In this document: positions 48,979 through 59,499 of the stretch, in pieces | Numbering within the stretch: the stretch's first letter is position 1 | Layout: every line of letters starts with the position of its first letter | Origin: Pseudomonadota bacterium | GTDB taxonomy: Bacteria > Bdellovibrionota_B > Oligoflexia > Silvanigrellales > Silvanigrellaceae | Assembly (NCBI GenBank): GCA_039799905.1 | Contig: JBDLRP010000026.1 | Location: 1 to 64,000 of the forward strand | Reading direction: 5' to 3' | DNA: 64,000 nt | Notes under the pieces: model-generated | The model's database searches: none | The model's input: only the letters and a program-made list of their open reading frames with translations | Told to the model about the DNA's origin: nothing | Program-made: the position numbers and the translations under genes

Positions 48979-51834
48979 ATGGAAGAATTACGCATCCGTC
49001 CGTTGTCAGTTGCTCTTGTACTTGGCCTGTTGGCAATTTTCGTTGTCACAGGAACTTTCCTGCTGGCGGACTTCCGGCTCACAATCATTATCAACCTGTC
49101 GGCACTCGCATTCCTGACCGTCTGGTTTTGGAAGAAGAGCAACGGCATCGCACAGAGCGCAACCGTCGAGCTCGACCGTCTTGCAGAAAGTGCAGCCGCC
49201 TCACTGCGTGCCGAGGTCGTGTCAGAAATCGAAACCCGATACAAACGCCGGATGTCGGAACTCGAAAACGAGCTCCGCGACCTGCGCACAGCCAATGCAC
49301 CTGCTGACAATGAGATTGCACGAATCAGGGAAGAGCAAGACCGCTTGAAGGGAGAGCTCGACAGAGCTGAACGCGACCTGATCGGTGCGCGATCGGAATG
49401 CCAGAAACTGGAATCCGATCTGGCACAAGCCAATTCTAAAGGGACTGTTGCCGCACTCCATCTCCACGAAATTCGCGAAAGTGCGCAAAACCAAATCAAG
49501 GAAGCGCGCGACACGGCGGAGAGGGAAGTTTCGGAAATTCGTGTGCAATGTGAGGAAGACCTCCGCCTTGCGCATCAAATACGTGACGCCGCATTGGCAG
49601 AACTGCAGGAGATCCGCGAAAGCAGGGAACAGGCGATTTTCGAGGCGTGCGAGCCGCTGCGTGCACAAATTTCAGAGATCCTCGCAAAACAAAATCAGGA
49701 ACTCGATGACGTCCGCAAAGAAGCGGACGCAAGAATTGCTGCCCACACACTTGCACTTGAAGAGTCTCTCAAGACTTCCGAGCAGGTATGGGAGCAACTC
49801 CTGCAGACAACGAAAAACGAACTCGAGAAATTCCAGCAGGAGTCTGCTCAAACTATTGCAGGCTTGAAGACTGACATTGCACTTCTGAGGCAAAATAACG
49901 AGCGTGAAGCTGAAGTTGTCAAAGCAAACCATAAAAAAGAATTGAACGACGCTTATCAGCGCGGCAAACGTGAAGCGGAAGACATGAAAGCCAGCATCCT
50001 CAACGATGCACAGATGGCATTCGAAGCGGCTTTGAGGGAAGCGGAATTCACCCGTGACGCGGCTCAGCGTGAGTTGGAAAGATTGCGGGAACAGTCAAAG
50101 ACCGACGTCGAGCGAATCAAAGAGGTCTATACACGAGAAATGGAGCGCACACGCGAAGCTGCGGCGCGCGATGTCCAGCAGGCCGCAGACTATGCGCGAC
50201 GTGATTTTGAACAGCTAAGCCGTGACTTTGAAGCCGCACGCAATTCATGGAACGATGAGAAGGCCGACCAGCTCGAGCGAACCGAACAAGCCCGCAAGAA
50301 CTGGGAAGAGGAACGCGGTAATCTGCAGGCGAAAGCCGAGCAGTCCAAAAAACTTTGGGAAGATGAAAAGAGTCTGTTTCAGCAGAAACTCGAACTTGCC
50401 ACTCAAAATTCGAACGGTCTGCAACAGCAAATCACTACCCTTCAACAGCAGGTTGTTCAGTATCAGGCGGAAGCCAGCGCGGCGCGCATCGCTGCAAAGG
50501 CAACAACAACCAGCCAGCTGACACAAAAAACCAGCGAAGAAGTCAATCAGCGGCAGGCAACTATGTCCTTGCAGCATGATTATGAGACGAAGCTACAGAC
50601 CATCCAGAAGTCAGCCGACTTCTGGAAGCAGGAGGCAGAAAACCTTAGCAAACGTCTGCAGGGTCAGAAAAAGGAATTCGACACTCTGACACGTTCTCTG
50701 GAAACACGAGCTCATTCCGCATCGTCACGGGTGCAGGAGCTGTCGGCGCGTTTCGCAAGAATTCAGGGTGAGGTTTCTCAACACGAGCAAAGCGCCGTCG
50801 AACAAAATCGTCTCCTGCAGGAAATGCTCGCAATACTTCCGGAGATTTCTCACCAACTGCTCAAGGTGACCAAGCAAACCGAAGCCAGCGCGCTCGAAAT
50901 CGGCGACAAGGTCAGATACATCTACGACAAGGCTCAGGAACACCTTGTCGAGTCCCATCAGATCTCGTCGCAATTTACCGGTGGCCGCACGGCAGCAGCC
51001 GGAACGAGCCTGAGCGACGTCATCCGCAAGAGCCTTGGACTTTTGCGCGAAATGATTTCGATGCTCGAAGAAAACTCCCAACTGAACGGAGCATCCTCTC
51101 GCTCAATCGACCAAATCCTCGTCAGCACAGCCGAGATCAACAAGATCAGCGACGAGATCCAATACATCTCAGACCAAACCAATCTCCTCGCGCTGAATGC
51201 GGCCATCGAGGCTGCCCGGGCGGGCGAGCACGGCCGCGGATTTTCAGTTGTGGCGGAGGAAGTGAGAAAACTTTCCGACCGAACCAGTGTCGCCTCCAAC
51301 AGCATCATTAAGATTGTCGGCAAGGTGAACACCAGCATCCGCGACATGAGCAAGAATCTTCTCGAAAATATTCGCAAAAACAGCGAAAAGAAGGCCAACG
51401 TCGACTTGGCTGTTTCCGAACTGGTGCAAACTGCCGAAGAGAGCACAGAGGTTTTCACCAAACTTATCTCGAATGCCGTCACCAGTTCTGAGAGTGTTGC
51501 AAAGAGCATCGATCAAATCGTATTGAGTCTGCAATTTCAAGACATCACAAAACAGCAGATTGAGCATGCGATGCAGCCGCTCGAAAGAATCAGAACAAAC
51601 GTTGAAGAGTTGATGACCCGAAACGGACGACGCGAGGTGACTCCGACAACCCTGCGGAGCAATCCTCAGAGCGCATCACAATCATCACCCGCACCGGGCG
51701 TCACAAGTCTGACAGCGGCACAATCTGCCCTGAAAGGTACCGACAACCCCGCGTCAACACGGGTTTCACCACCGGTTAGTTCGCAAAACAATGAAGAGCA
51801 GGATTTATCAAAAGGTGAAGTGGTTTTTTTCTAA
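48979..51834 (+). CDS. Methyl-accepting chemotaxis-like protein with very long coiled-coil stalk
   Basis: Two adjacent N-terminal TMs; [33 protein letters not shown] hairpin; LQFQD; C-terminal EVVFF. Confidence 0.85.
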   Translation: MEELRIRPLSVALVLGLLAIFVVTGTFLLADFRLTIIINLSALAFLTVWFWKKSNGIAQSATVELDRLAESAAASLRAEVVSEIETRYKRRMSELENELRDLRTANAPADNEIARIREEQDRLKGELDRAERDLIGARSECQKLESDLAQANSKGTVAALHLHEIRESAQNQIKEARDTAEREVSEIRVQCEEDLRLAHQIRDAALAELQEIRESREQAIFEACEPLRAQISEILAKQNQELDDVRKEADARIAAHTLALEESLKTSEQVWEQLLQTTKNELEKFQQESAQTIAGLKTDIALLRQNNEREAEVVKANHKKELNDAYQRGKREAEDMKASILNDAQMAFEAALREAEFTRDAAQRELERLREQSKTDVERIKEVYTREMERTREAAARDVQQAADYARRDFEQLSRDFEAARNSWNDEKADQLERTEQARKNWEEERGNLQAKAEQSKKLWEDEKSLFQQKLELATQNSNGLQQQITTLQQQVVQYQAEASAARIAAKATTTSQLTQKTSEEVNQRQATMSLQHDYETKLQTIQKSADFWKQEAENLSKRLQGQKKEFDTLTRSLETRAHSASSRVQELSARFARIQGEVSQHEQSAVEQNRLLQEMLAILPEISHQLLKVTKQTEASALEIGDKVRYIYDKAQEHLVESHQISSQFTGGRTAAAGTSLSDVIRKSLGLLREMISMLEENSQLNGASSRSIDQILVSTAEINKISDEIQYISDQTNLLALNAAIEAARAGEHGRGFSVVAEEVRKLSDRTSVASNSIIKIVGKVNTSIRDMSKNLLENIRKNSEKKANVDLAVSELVQTAEESTEVFTKLISNAVTSSESVAKSIDQIVLSLQFQDITKQQIEHAMQPLERIRTNVEELMTRNGRREVTPTTLRSNPQSASQSSPAPGVTSLTAAQSALKGTDNPASTRVSPPVSSQNNEEQDLSKGEVVFF

Positions 51835-51869
51835 AATGAAAATTCCCTTCACCCTCCCCCGATGCACGC

Positions 51870-51898
51870 TTGTCATCCGGCCAACCACCTGTCATACT
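51870..51898 (+). promoter_or_regulatory. Sigma70-like promoter upstream of the Fis-family regulator
   Basis: TTGTCA-N17-CATACT with TG extension. Confidence 0.45.
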
Positions 51899-52019
51899 CA
51901 CGAAGCAATCCAAACAATAGAAAATTTCTGAAGAGTGTTCCCCGATTCAAGGAAGAGTCGAGGACATTCGTGGATCAGGAACCTTTAAGTCCGCAGGGAG
52001 CGGGGATGAGGAGATTCTC

Positions 52020-53423
52020 GTGAGCGTGGTGTCCGCACTATTAGGCTCAAGCACTGTCATTCGCCATGTGCAACATCTTATTATGAAGGTGGCCGAGGCT
52101 GAAGCTCCGGTGCTTATTACCGGCGAAGCCGGAACCGGAAAAGAGATGGTCGCACGTGCCATTCATGAGAAATCCGCTCGCGCTTCCGGGCCTTTTGTGC
52201 CGGTGAAATGCGGTACGATCGCGGAAGATCTCCTCGAGGCTGAACTCTTCGGGCATGAGAAAGGCGCCTTCCCAGGTGCCAATCAGTCGCGCGAAGGGCG
52301 GTTGGCCATTGCTGACGGCGGAACGATCTTCCTCGAGGAGGTATCTAAGTTGTCCGCACGCCTGCAAATGGCATTGATGCGCGTTTTGTCGGACGGCACA
52401 TATACGCCGGTCGGTTCGCAGGGCAGCAGAACTGCCAATGTGCGGATCATCTGCTCGACCAGCGTCAATATCGACCTTGCCGTGCGCGAGCGAAACTTCC
52501 GCGAAGATCTCTACTATCGTCTGGCAGGCTGCGCTGTTTACATTCCGCCGCTGCGCGAGAGACGTGAAGATATCGCTCCATTGGTTGAGCACTATGTACA
52601 GAAGTTCAACCAGAGCAAGGCGAAGTCGATCTTCGGCGTCGCACCGGATGCAATGAGCGCATTGCTGCAGCACACTTGGCCGCACAATTTGCGTGAACTT
52701 GAAAATCTGATCGAGCGAATTGTCGTGCTGAAGAACGCGGGAAGCATCGAGGTCAACGACCTTCCACCCCGCCTGCGCAATCTGGTGACCGACAACATCG
52801 ACACCTTCTTCGAGCGCATGCAGATGCAGGCACCTCAGAAGGTTCAGCAAGGTAACGGCGGAAATGGCGGCGGCATGCCAATGGGTCAGCACCGCAACCC
52901 AAACAACGGCATGATGCAGCAGTCACAGCAATCTCATTTCCGTTCGCAGCCTCAGCAGAACATTCCTGTGACTCCGACGATGAGTTACGGTTCGCAAAAC
53001 CGCAACCCGTCTGCGTACAACCCAATGTACTCGGGCACATCAGGATACGGCTCAAACATTCAGTCGCAGTTTGAAGAAGGGACTGAAATCGAGCAGTTCA
53101 TCAAGAAGGACATCGACCTCGGGAGTGGAATCGACTTCTACCGCGTCGTCGAGGAATTCGAGAATCGTCTGATCGCGGAAGCCCTGCGCCGTACGAATCA
53201 CAACAAGAACCGTGCTGCTCAGCTGTTGTCGATGAACCGCACAACTCTTGTTGAAAAGCTCAAAAAGCGCGCCGCATCGAGCAACGTGAAAGTCGAGCCC
53301 GGCCGCGTTAAGCGCAATCCTGCGTTCACAATCTTTGATGGATTGGGTTCGGACTCGCCGGAATTCGACTCCATCGAGTACATTGGTCACGGCGGCAAGG
53401 AAAGCTACTCGGATCTCGATTGA
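52020..53423 (+). CDS. NtrC/FleQ-like AAA+ Fis-family regulator without receiver domain (degenerate motifs)
   Basis: [70 protein letters not shown]. Confidence 0.88.
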   Translation: MSVVSALLGSSTVIRHVQHLIMKVAEAEAPVLITGEAGTGKEMVARAIHEKSARASGPFVPVKCGTIAEDLLEAELFGHEKGAFPGANQSREGRLAIADGGTIFLEEVSKLSARLQMALMRVLSDGTYTPVGSQGSRTANVRIICSTSVNIDLAVRERNFREDLYYRLAGCAVYIPPLRERREDIAPLVEHYVQKFNQSKAKSIFGVAPDAMSALLQHTWPHNLRELENLIERIVVLKNAGSIEVNDLPPRLRNLVTDNIDTFFERMQMQAPQKVQQGNGGNGGGMPMGQHRNPNNGMMQQSQQSHFRSQPQQNIPVTPTMSYGSQNRNPSAYNPMYSGTSGYGSNIQSQFEEGTEIEQFIKKDIDLGSGIDFYRVVEEFENRLIAEALRRTNHNKNRAAQLLSMNRTTLVEKLKKRAASSNVKVEPGRVKRNPAFTIFDGLGSDSPEFDSIEYIGHGGKESYSDLD

Positions 53424-53447
53424 GCACGCGGACAGTTTGATTGAATG

Positions 53448-53477
53448 ACGGGGACACGAGTGGTCCCCGTTTTTTTT
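53448..53477 (+). terminator. Intrinsic terminator
   Basis: acggggac-acgagtg-gtccccgt followed by a T run. Confidence 0.85.
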
Positions 53478-53593
53478 GTTAATGACGATATTTTGACTCG
53501 AATAATCGCTCTTCTTAACACTTCTCCACCACTCTGCTGCAAAAATGGAATAGACTAGCGTCGTAACAGACTCGGACAAAGTGAGGTGTACAG

Positions 53594-54766
53594 ATGAATA
53601 AGAATGCATTGTTGGGTATCGGTGGTGTCGTCGTCGGATGTTTAATCGGTTACGGTGTGGCACGCGGCCCATGGGCCGGCGGACTTGGCAAGACAACCGC
53701 GGATGCACCAAGTGAGTGCGATGCGAACCTCAACGCCAGCATGGAAGGTCCGGTCGTCGCGGTAGGCAACCAGGCTGTTGCTGGAGCTCAGCTTCCGGAG
53801 GACGTTCGTGCCGAATTGTACGAACTCACTTCACAGAACTATCTGCGCGCGCGCGAGCTTCTTGAGGCTTATGCGACCCGTCTTGCTCTCGCCAAAGAAA
53901 AGGGCGGGATGGTGAATCCTGCCAAGGTTCCACAGCTTGCTGAACTTCTTGCTGACAAGAAAGTCACCGAAGAGGACATCAAGAAGTTTTACGAAACAAA
54001 CAAAAAGAGCTTTCCTCCCAACATGACTTTCGAGTCCATCCAAAAGAACCTGCGCGTTCACCTCGAAACACAACGCAATCAGGATGGTATCCGCAAGACC
54101 ATGGCTCAGCTGCGCGACCAAAAGGCCTATCAGCTTCTTCTGCCAAGCCCATGCGGACCGCGCGTTGCGATGGACTTCAACAAAATGCCGACACGCGGTG
54201 ATGCGAACGCCAAAGAAACGCTCGTGGCAATCGGCGACTTTTTCTGTGCTTCGTGTCGCTACTTCAAGAGCGATTTGGAGAATTTCCTCGACAAGCACCG
54301 CGACTCGATTCGGTATACGCAAGTCATCACGACCGAAGACGTCAACGCTCCAATCGCACACCTCGCTGCCGGTGCATACTGCGCCAAGCGCCAGAGCAAC
54401 GATGCTTTTTGGAAGTATTCTGAGCGCGCATACAACACGCCCTATTACCTTCTGCAGAGAAACGCGACAGCAGACGAAGTGCGCAAACAGGCAATCAAGA
54501 TTGCAGGCGAAGCCGGACTCGATGCAAAGTCGTTTGAGAAGTGCATGACAAGCGAAGACGGTTTGGATGAATTGAAGACTGTGGTCAGCAATCTGAAGGC
54601 TGCCGGCAGCGACAAAACACCAACCTACATCGCCAACGGCCGTCGCATCGTTACGCCCAACAACCCATCAGTGCTGATTGACGTTCTGACCCAGTCTTTT
54701 GCCGGAGTCGTCCGCAAGAACGACACTGCCCAGAGCCAAAAAGAAACAGCGCCTGCTGCCAAGTAA
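53594..54766 (+). CDS. DsbA-like thioredoxin-fold protein with SurA-like N-terminal domain
   Basis: N-terminal anchor; VTEEDIKKFYE; DFFCASC; TPTYIANG. Confidence 0.8.
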   Translation: MNKNALLGIGGVVVGCLIGYGVARGPWAGGLGKTTADAPSECDANLNASMEGPVVAVGNQAVAGAQLPEDVRAELYELTSQNYLRARELLEAYATRLALAKEKGGMVNPAKVPQLAELLADKKVTEEDIKKFYETNKKSFPPNMTFESIQKNLRVHLETQRNQDGIRKTMAQLRDQKAYQLLLPSPCGPRVAMDFNKMPTRGDANAKETLVAIGDFFCASCRYFKSDLENFLDKHRDSIRYTQVITTEDVNAPIAHLAAGAYCAKRQSNDAFWKYSERAYNTPYYLLQRNATADEVRKQAIKIAGEAGLDAKSFEKCMTSEDGLDELKTVVSNLKAAGSDKTPTYIANGRRIVTPNNPSVLIDVLTQSFAGVVRKNDTAQSQKETAPAAK

Positions 54767-54792
54767 GCAGAGGCGCATTCGACTTTTCTAGA

Positions 54793-54869
54793 TGGTGGGC
54801 CTGGAGGGACTTGAACCCCCAAATCGTCGTGTTATGAGCACGCTGCCGTAACCATTTAGCTACAGGCCC
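54793..54869 (-). tRNA. tRNA with CAT anticodon, probably tRNA-Ile2 (lysidine)
   Basis: GGGCCTGTAGCTAAATGGTTACGGCAGCGTGCTCATAACACGACGATTTGGGGGTTCAAGTCCCTCCAGGCCCACCA; paired 1-72, A73, CTCATAA loop; promoter TTGACC-N17-TAGCTT. Confidence 0.88.
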
Positions 54870-54920
54870 TTGCTCGGAAAGCTAAACCAGGCGGTCCGGC
54901 AGGTCAACCTCGCACCAAAT

Positions 54921-55574
54921 TCAAGCGCCCTCGAAAGCCACGCTTCCGAGGGCGCTTTGCATAGCACGGACGCAAATCTGAGCCGTCAGAGAGTCAATTC
55001 CATCGACAATCCCGCAACCACGGGCAACGTGTCCAGCCAGCACACCGAGCTCAAGCCATCGAACCCCTTCGGCTTCATCAGGATCATGGACAGCTTCCCA
55101 ATCACAGGCCGCCCGAAAAACAAATACAGAGTCGTAGTGAATGTGTGCAGGTGTGCCTGCCGTTGCCCTGATCTCAAACCGCTGAAAAAAATGCGGGCAA
55201 AGAGCCGCGTCTGCAAATTCAGACAGCGCGCGCGGGGGCAGCACCTCGACTTCGGGAACCAGAGTTTCTTCGAAACATTCACGCAGGGCCGAGCGCAAAA
55301 GGTGCCAGTCACCGTCCGCGTGCCCGCCGGGATAAACCCATTCACCAATTTTTCTGTGAAAAAGTAAGAGAACGCGCCGCAGACTTTGGTCCAGCAGAAC
55401 GCATGATGTTGTCAGATGGGCCGGATAGGCGGTTCTTTCGGCACTGCGAACGTCCAAGAGGACTTCCCTCAGCTCGTCGTCAAGGCCAAATCGCCAGCCA
55501 TCATCAGCACCAAGAACCGGCAACACGCTCCGCCGGAACAGCGTGAGCCCGTCCCCGGCAAATCGGGGATGCAT
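54921..55574 (-). CDS. NUDIX hydrolase
   Basis: HLTTS, PGGHADG...ALRECFEET, HIHYD; start uncertain. Confidence 0.85.
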   Translation of the reverse strand: MHPRFAGDGLTLFRRSVLPVLGADDGWRFGLDDELREVLLDVRSAERTAYPAHLTTSCVLLDQSLRRVLLLFHRKIGEWVYPGGHADGDWHLLRSALRECFEETLVPEVEVLPPRALSEFADAALCPHFFQRFEIRATAGTPAHIHYDSVFVFRAACDWEAVHDPDEAEGVRWLELGVLAGHVARGCGIVDGIDSLTAQICVRAMQSALGSVAFEGA

Positions 55575-55635
55575 TTTCAATGAATTTGCACTAAAGAGCA
55601 GAGGACTCATTTTTACGGCATCCGAGGATAATTTT

Positions 55636-56577
55636 ATGACCATCAAACCATTTACAGGCGTTCTCACAGCCTTGGCAACCCCGTTCTCCCAAGACCTCTC
55701 CATCGACTTCGCCGCCTGCAGAAAACTGCTGCAGATTCAGAAAGAGGCCGGCATCCACGGAGTGGTGGTTTGCGGAACGACGGGTGAAAGCCCGACCCTC
55801 TCGAAAGCGGAAAAGGAGCAGCTGCTTGCCACTGCGCTCGAATTCCAATCCGACGATTTCCGTATTTTCGTCGGAACAGGCACAAACTCGACCGCGGAAA
55901 CAATCGAGGCAACCCAACACTTCGCAGCATTCACAGCTCATGGCCGGAAGGCCGCAGGCGTGATGGTCGTGACCCCTTACTACAACAAGCCAACCCAACG
56001 TGGGCTGCAGGAACACTTTTTGGCTATCGCCCGCTCCGTTCCCCAGACTCCCGTTTGCGTCTACAACGTTCCCGGCCGCACGGGCTGCACGCTGCAGCCC
56101 AAGACTCTCGTTGCGATCGCCAAGGAGGCGGCGAACATTGTCGCGGTCAAAGAAGCGGCGGGAGATGTCCGGGTCATTACCGAAATGAGTATTGCCCTCA
56201 AGGCTGCGGGACTCGGTCATCAGGTCACTATTCTGAGCGGCGACGACCCCACCTTTGCCCCTGCACTTCTGTGCGGTGCTGCGGGTGTCATCAGTGTCAG
56301 CACCCACATCATCCCGGGAGCGATGCTCGCCATGTGGAAAGCGGCACAGACAGGCGACTTCAAGGCACTCATGCGCCTTCAACAGGACACCTATCCTGTC
56401 AACAATCACCTATTCTGTGCGCCAAATCCGATTCCGCTGAAATGGGCCCTCGCGCAGCTCAATTGCTGCGAAAATGTCCTTCGTCCACCCATGTCCCAGC
56501 TCGAAGAGAGCGAGAGCGCGCTCGTCGCCGAGGCACTTGAAAAGACGCGAAAGTCAGGCATCGTTTTGCTGAGGTGA
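55636..56577 (+). CDS. dapA: 4-hydroxy-tetrahydrodipicolinate synthase
   Basis: CGTTGESPTLS, TPYYNKP, YNVPGRTG, VKEA and NPIPLK motifs; RBS GAGGA. Confidence 0.95.
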   Translation: MTIKPFTGVLTALATPFSQDLSIDFAACRKLLQIQKEAGIHGVVVCGTTGESPTLSKAEKEQLLATALEFQSDDFRIFVGTGTNSTAETIEATQHFAAFTAHGRKAAGVMVVTPYYNKPTQRGLQEHFLAIARSVPQTPVCVYNVPGRTGCTLQPKTLVAIAKEAANIVAVKEAAGDVRVITEMSIALKAAGLGHQVTILSGDDPTFAPALLCGAAGVISVSTHIIPGAMLAMWKAAQTGDFKALMRLQQDTYPVNNHLFCAPNPIPLKWALAQLNCCENVLRPPMSQLEESESALVAEALEKTRKSGIVLLR

Positions 56578-56616
56578 ACAAACCTCGCCGGCACCCCACC
56601 CGCGCGAGCCGAAATT

Positions 56617-57564
56617 ATGGAGCGAGATCTTAGAATGCCGACCCCGAGCGATTACAATTCATGCATACGAGTTGACAAAATTTCCATGCGCAATCCGGGT
56701 GTGGTCATTCTCACCGGTCCGTCCAGCTGCGGAAAGGGAGAGGTCGCAGCCGCACTCTGCAGGGTGATGTCCATCGCACCCTCCGATCATCTTTCGATGG
56801 GAGAGATTCTCCGCAGCGCGTTTCAAAATGCGAAAAACGATCCCTCTTATGCGGAGCTGCTCGCCAAACAATACCAAATCAGTTCGGACGCCAACATCTT
56901 CGAATGCGTCGACACAACCGACGACCTCAGCCGAAAGGTCAGAAACTATCTGCCGCAGCTCGAAAAATATTTCGGCCGCAAGGGCATGGACACTTTCACA
57001 AGTCAGTTGGAATGGCTTGAATTCTGCACCATGAACGGTTTGCTTGTGCCAAACCGCTGGACGCAGAATTTTATCGCTGCACACATCGAACATTCCGCAG
57101 GTCTGCGTCACCGCCCATTCATCCTCGACGGCTATCCGCGCACGGTCGCCGCAGCAAAACATCTGCTCGAATTTCTCAAGCGGTTGAACATACCCGTCAC
57201 GAAGGTCCTTCATCTTAGTATATCGCGTCAGGAAATGATCCAGCGCGCCACACACCGCGGGCGCGCCGACGACGACGAGGCGTCGCTACTCAGCCGTTTT
57301 CAATTTTATATCGAAAATGTTCAACCCAGTGTTGATTATCTTAAAATGGAATTGGGCTCAGACGCGATTGTTTTGATTGATGCCCACCAACCCGTTTACG
57401 TCGAACGCGGCGGGCAGCGGGTGCTTGCCCTCAAGGAATCGATCGCCAACGTCGTTTCAGCTGCATTGCGCGGTCTTGGAGTGCCCCGTGTCATTCTCAA
57501 GGATGTTCTTTCCAGTGGATTGAACTCACAGGACACACACAGGCCGGAAAATCTAAAACCTTAA
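56617..57564 (+). CDS. Adenylate-kinase-like nucleoside monophosphate kinase with large insertion
   Basis: GPSSCGKG, HLSMGEILR, ILDGYPRT and GRADD motifs. Confidence 0.78.
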   Translation: MERDLRMPTPSDYNSCIRVDKISMRNPGVVILTGPSSCGKGEVAAALCRVMSIAPSDHLSMGEILRSAFQNAKNDPSYAELLAKQYQISSDANIFECVDTTDDLSRKVRNYLPQLEKYFGRKGMDTFTSQLEWLEFCTMNGLLVPNRWTQNFIAAHIEHSAGLRHRPFILDGYPRTVAAAKHLLEFLKRLNIPVTKVLHLSISRQEMIQRATHRGRADDDEASLLSRFQFYIENVQPSVDYLKMELGSDAIVLIDAHQPVYVERGGQRVLALKESIANVVSAALRGLGVPRVILKDVLSSGLNSQDTHRPENLKP

Positions 57565-57957
57565 TCACGCTGATTTTTCGAGCTCTCGCGTGTTGTCTTG
57601 TGCGTCCGCTTCCGGCTCGGCACTGGCCGTGTTGCCCGTCTTACCCAAAAGAAGATTAAGCGCGTTCAGACGGGTTTCCATTTGTCTTTTACGTATGTTC
57701 ATCATCAGCAACACACGCAGTCCGAGCTTATGGTCGACTCCGAGGGTGGCAATCATTCTCTGAGTCAGATACCTTTTTCCGGTTCCCTCTTTCCGGCACT
57801 CTGTGATTCGTCCCGAACGGAGCCCTTTTTGGATGTCAGTCTGCAGTTTTCTGAAGCGTTCGACACGTTCGGCGTTCCAAAATTCTAACTCTTTGAGCGC
57901 GCGTAGAAGCTCATCCCGCTCTGCGGCGATTTCCTCAGATGACACGTTCTTTTCCAA
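57565..57957 (-). CDS. Hypothetical helical protein
   Basis: RBS GGAGGG before TTG at 57957; coiled-coil-like. Confidence 0.65.
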   Translation of the reverse strand: MEKNVSSEEIAAERDELLRALKELEFWNAERVERFRKLQTDIQKGLRSGRITECRKEGTGKRYLTQRMIATLGVDHKLGLRVLLMMNIRKRQMETRLNALNLLLGKTGNTASAEPEADAQDNTRELEKSA

Positions 57958-59308
57958 CTGCGCACCCTCCCATGCTTTCAAGCTGTATCGGAAGGCCTCG
58001 CAAAGAATAAAAACTCAATGGTCAGGAAAAATTTTTCCGCTCTCTGTTTTATTGTCGCTATGGCCAAGCCAAATCTCGGCCAGCGAACTCAGAACAGCCA
58101 GAGACGAAAAGCTTTTGCGTTTACTACGCGAGGCTGCAGCTGAGAATAACTCGCTGATGCTGGCGGAAAAAAATGCACGTATGACCGCACTGTCCCGCCA
58201 ATATCGGGAAGTCCTTGAGCAACCCGATTTCGCGGCCACGGCGCAACTTGCGACTGAACAATTTTTCGATTCCTCGGGTGGCAGGGCAAAATCAGCCGAA
58301 ATTAGGCTCGATGGAATTTTTCAGTTTGCCAGCAACTGGCAAACTGAATTCGCATGGCTTTCGACTTTCAATTTTGGCAACAACGCAGGTATTGAAAGGC
58401 AGACACCGTCTGAAATTCCGTCGCTCAACCACTTGTCGCTGTCATACGGCCGCAACAGAAGCGTTGAAGTCAAGGCTGGCTTGTTGGATGATCGTCCGCT
58501 TTTGCGCGGTCGTCAGACTCAACCTGTTTTTTCGTCAGTCTCGCTGGTCATCCATCCGCTTTCGCAAATGAACGACCCAAACACTTCTGTCGTTCAATTT
58601 GAATTGGAACACGGCTGGAACACCTTCCGCACGGACTCAAGGAAATATTCCTCGCAGGAGCAAATCCAACGCACTCGTCCGCGACTGAACATTGCCAAGG
58701 AAGCATACAACTGGAGAAGCAGCGGCACTCTCGCACTGGAGTGGTACTCAGACGGTGCCGGACTCCTCGGACAGGTTATTGCGCAACGTAAAAAGATTTC
58801 GGCGCAGAAAACTCTTCTTTCAGCAGCCGCCGAAAGGCGCTGGCGGCTCTTTTCGATCGAACTCGAGAATTCACTACGTGGACCTGCCGATACAACAATG
58901 ACCGCAACACTTCAGCGCGCGTCGAATTCAATCGGCAAAAGCACACGCCCTGCTTGGAGTGCAACGTTGACCGGAGAGAAAATCGTTCAGCTGAACAGCG
59001 GAATGATCACTGCTATCGCTGACGTTCAGTTTTTTGAAGCGCCCTTCGGGGCGTTGCCGCAAGCGCGCCTGCCCATGGAGATCAATCCGGGTACGAGAGG
59101 CCAGATCGGCTCGCTGCAAGTCAATTGGCAGCGCGATATGCTTAAAAAAGAAACACTATCAGTTGCCATTGGATTCATGCAGGAGGTCGGCAGTGATGAC
59201 CTAGGGTGGGATCACTGTGGTCGGTCGAGCAGAGTCGGTACCACGAATCCTTGCCGCTCAGGGTGGGTCACTCTGGCTTGGTCCCTGAAATTACCAACAA
59301 ATCTTTGA
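57803..59308 (+). CDS. Hypothetical exported, probably outer-membrane beta-barrel protein (true start likely near 58000)
   Basis: Long ORF; signal-like segment ending ISA; alternating beta-strand patterns. Confidence 0.6.
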   Translation: MIRPERSPFWMSVCSFLKRSTRSAFQNSNSLSARRSSSRSAAISSDDTFFSNCAPSHAFKLYRKASQRIKTQWSGKIFPLSVLLSLWPSQISASELRTARDEKLLRLLREAAAENNSLMLAEKNARMTALSRQYREVLEQPDFAATAQLATEQFFDSSGGRAKSAEIRLDGIFQFASNWQTEFAWLSTFNFGNNAGIERQTPSEIPSLNHLSLSYGRNRSVEVKAGLLDDRPLLRGRQTQPVFSSVSLVIHPLSQMNDPNTSVVQFELEHGWNTFRTDSRKYSSQEQIQRTRPRLNIAKEAYNWRSSGTLALEWYSDGAGLLGQVIAQRKKISAQKTLLSAAAERRWRLFSIELENSLRGPADTTMTATLQRASNSIGKSTRPAWSATLTGEKIVQLNSGMITAIADVQFFEAPFGALPQARLPMEINPGTRGQIGSLQVNWQRDMLKKETLSVAIGFMQEVGSDDLGWDHCGRSSRVGTTNPCRSGWVTLAWSLKLPTNL

Positions 59309-59499
59309 CAGAGGAACAGTCTGCTTGGAGATGTTGCGAATATTGATTTTGTCATTTATTCTGGGAAGTGAAAAATCAAGTCAAGTGATGAAAATCGTCG
59401 GTCTCCGTAAAGTTTCTGTACAAAACAGAGGCTTTCTGCAGCTGGGTACGGTGAGGTACCCGCTGATTCAGGCAGACACTTTGGCTTTGGGGAGGTCTC

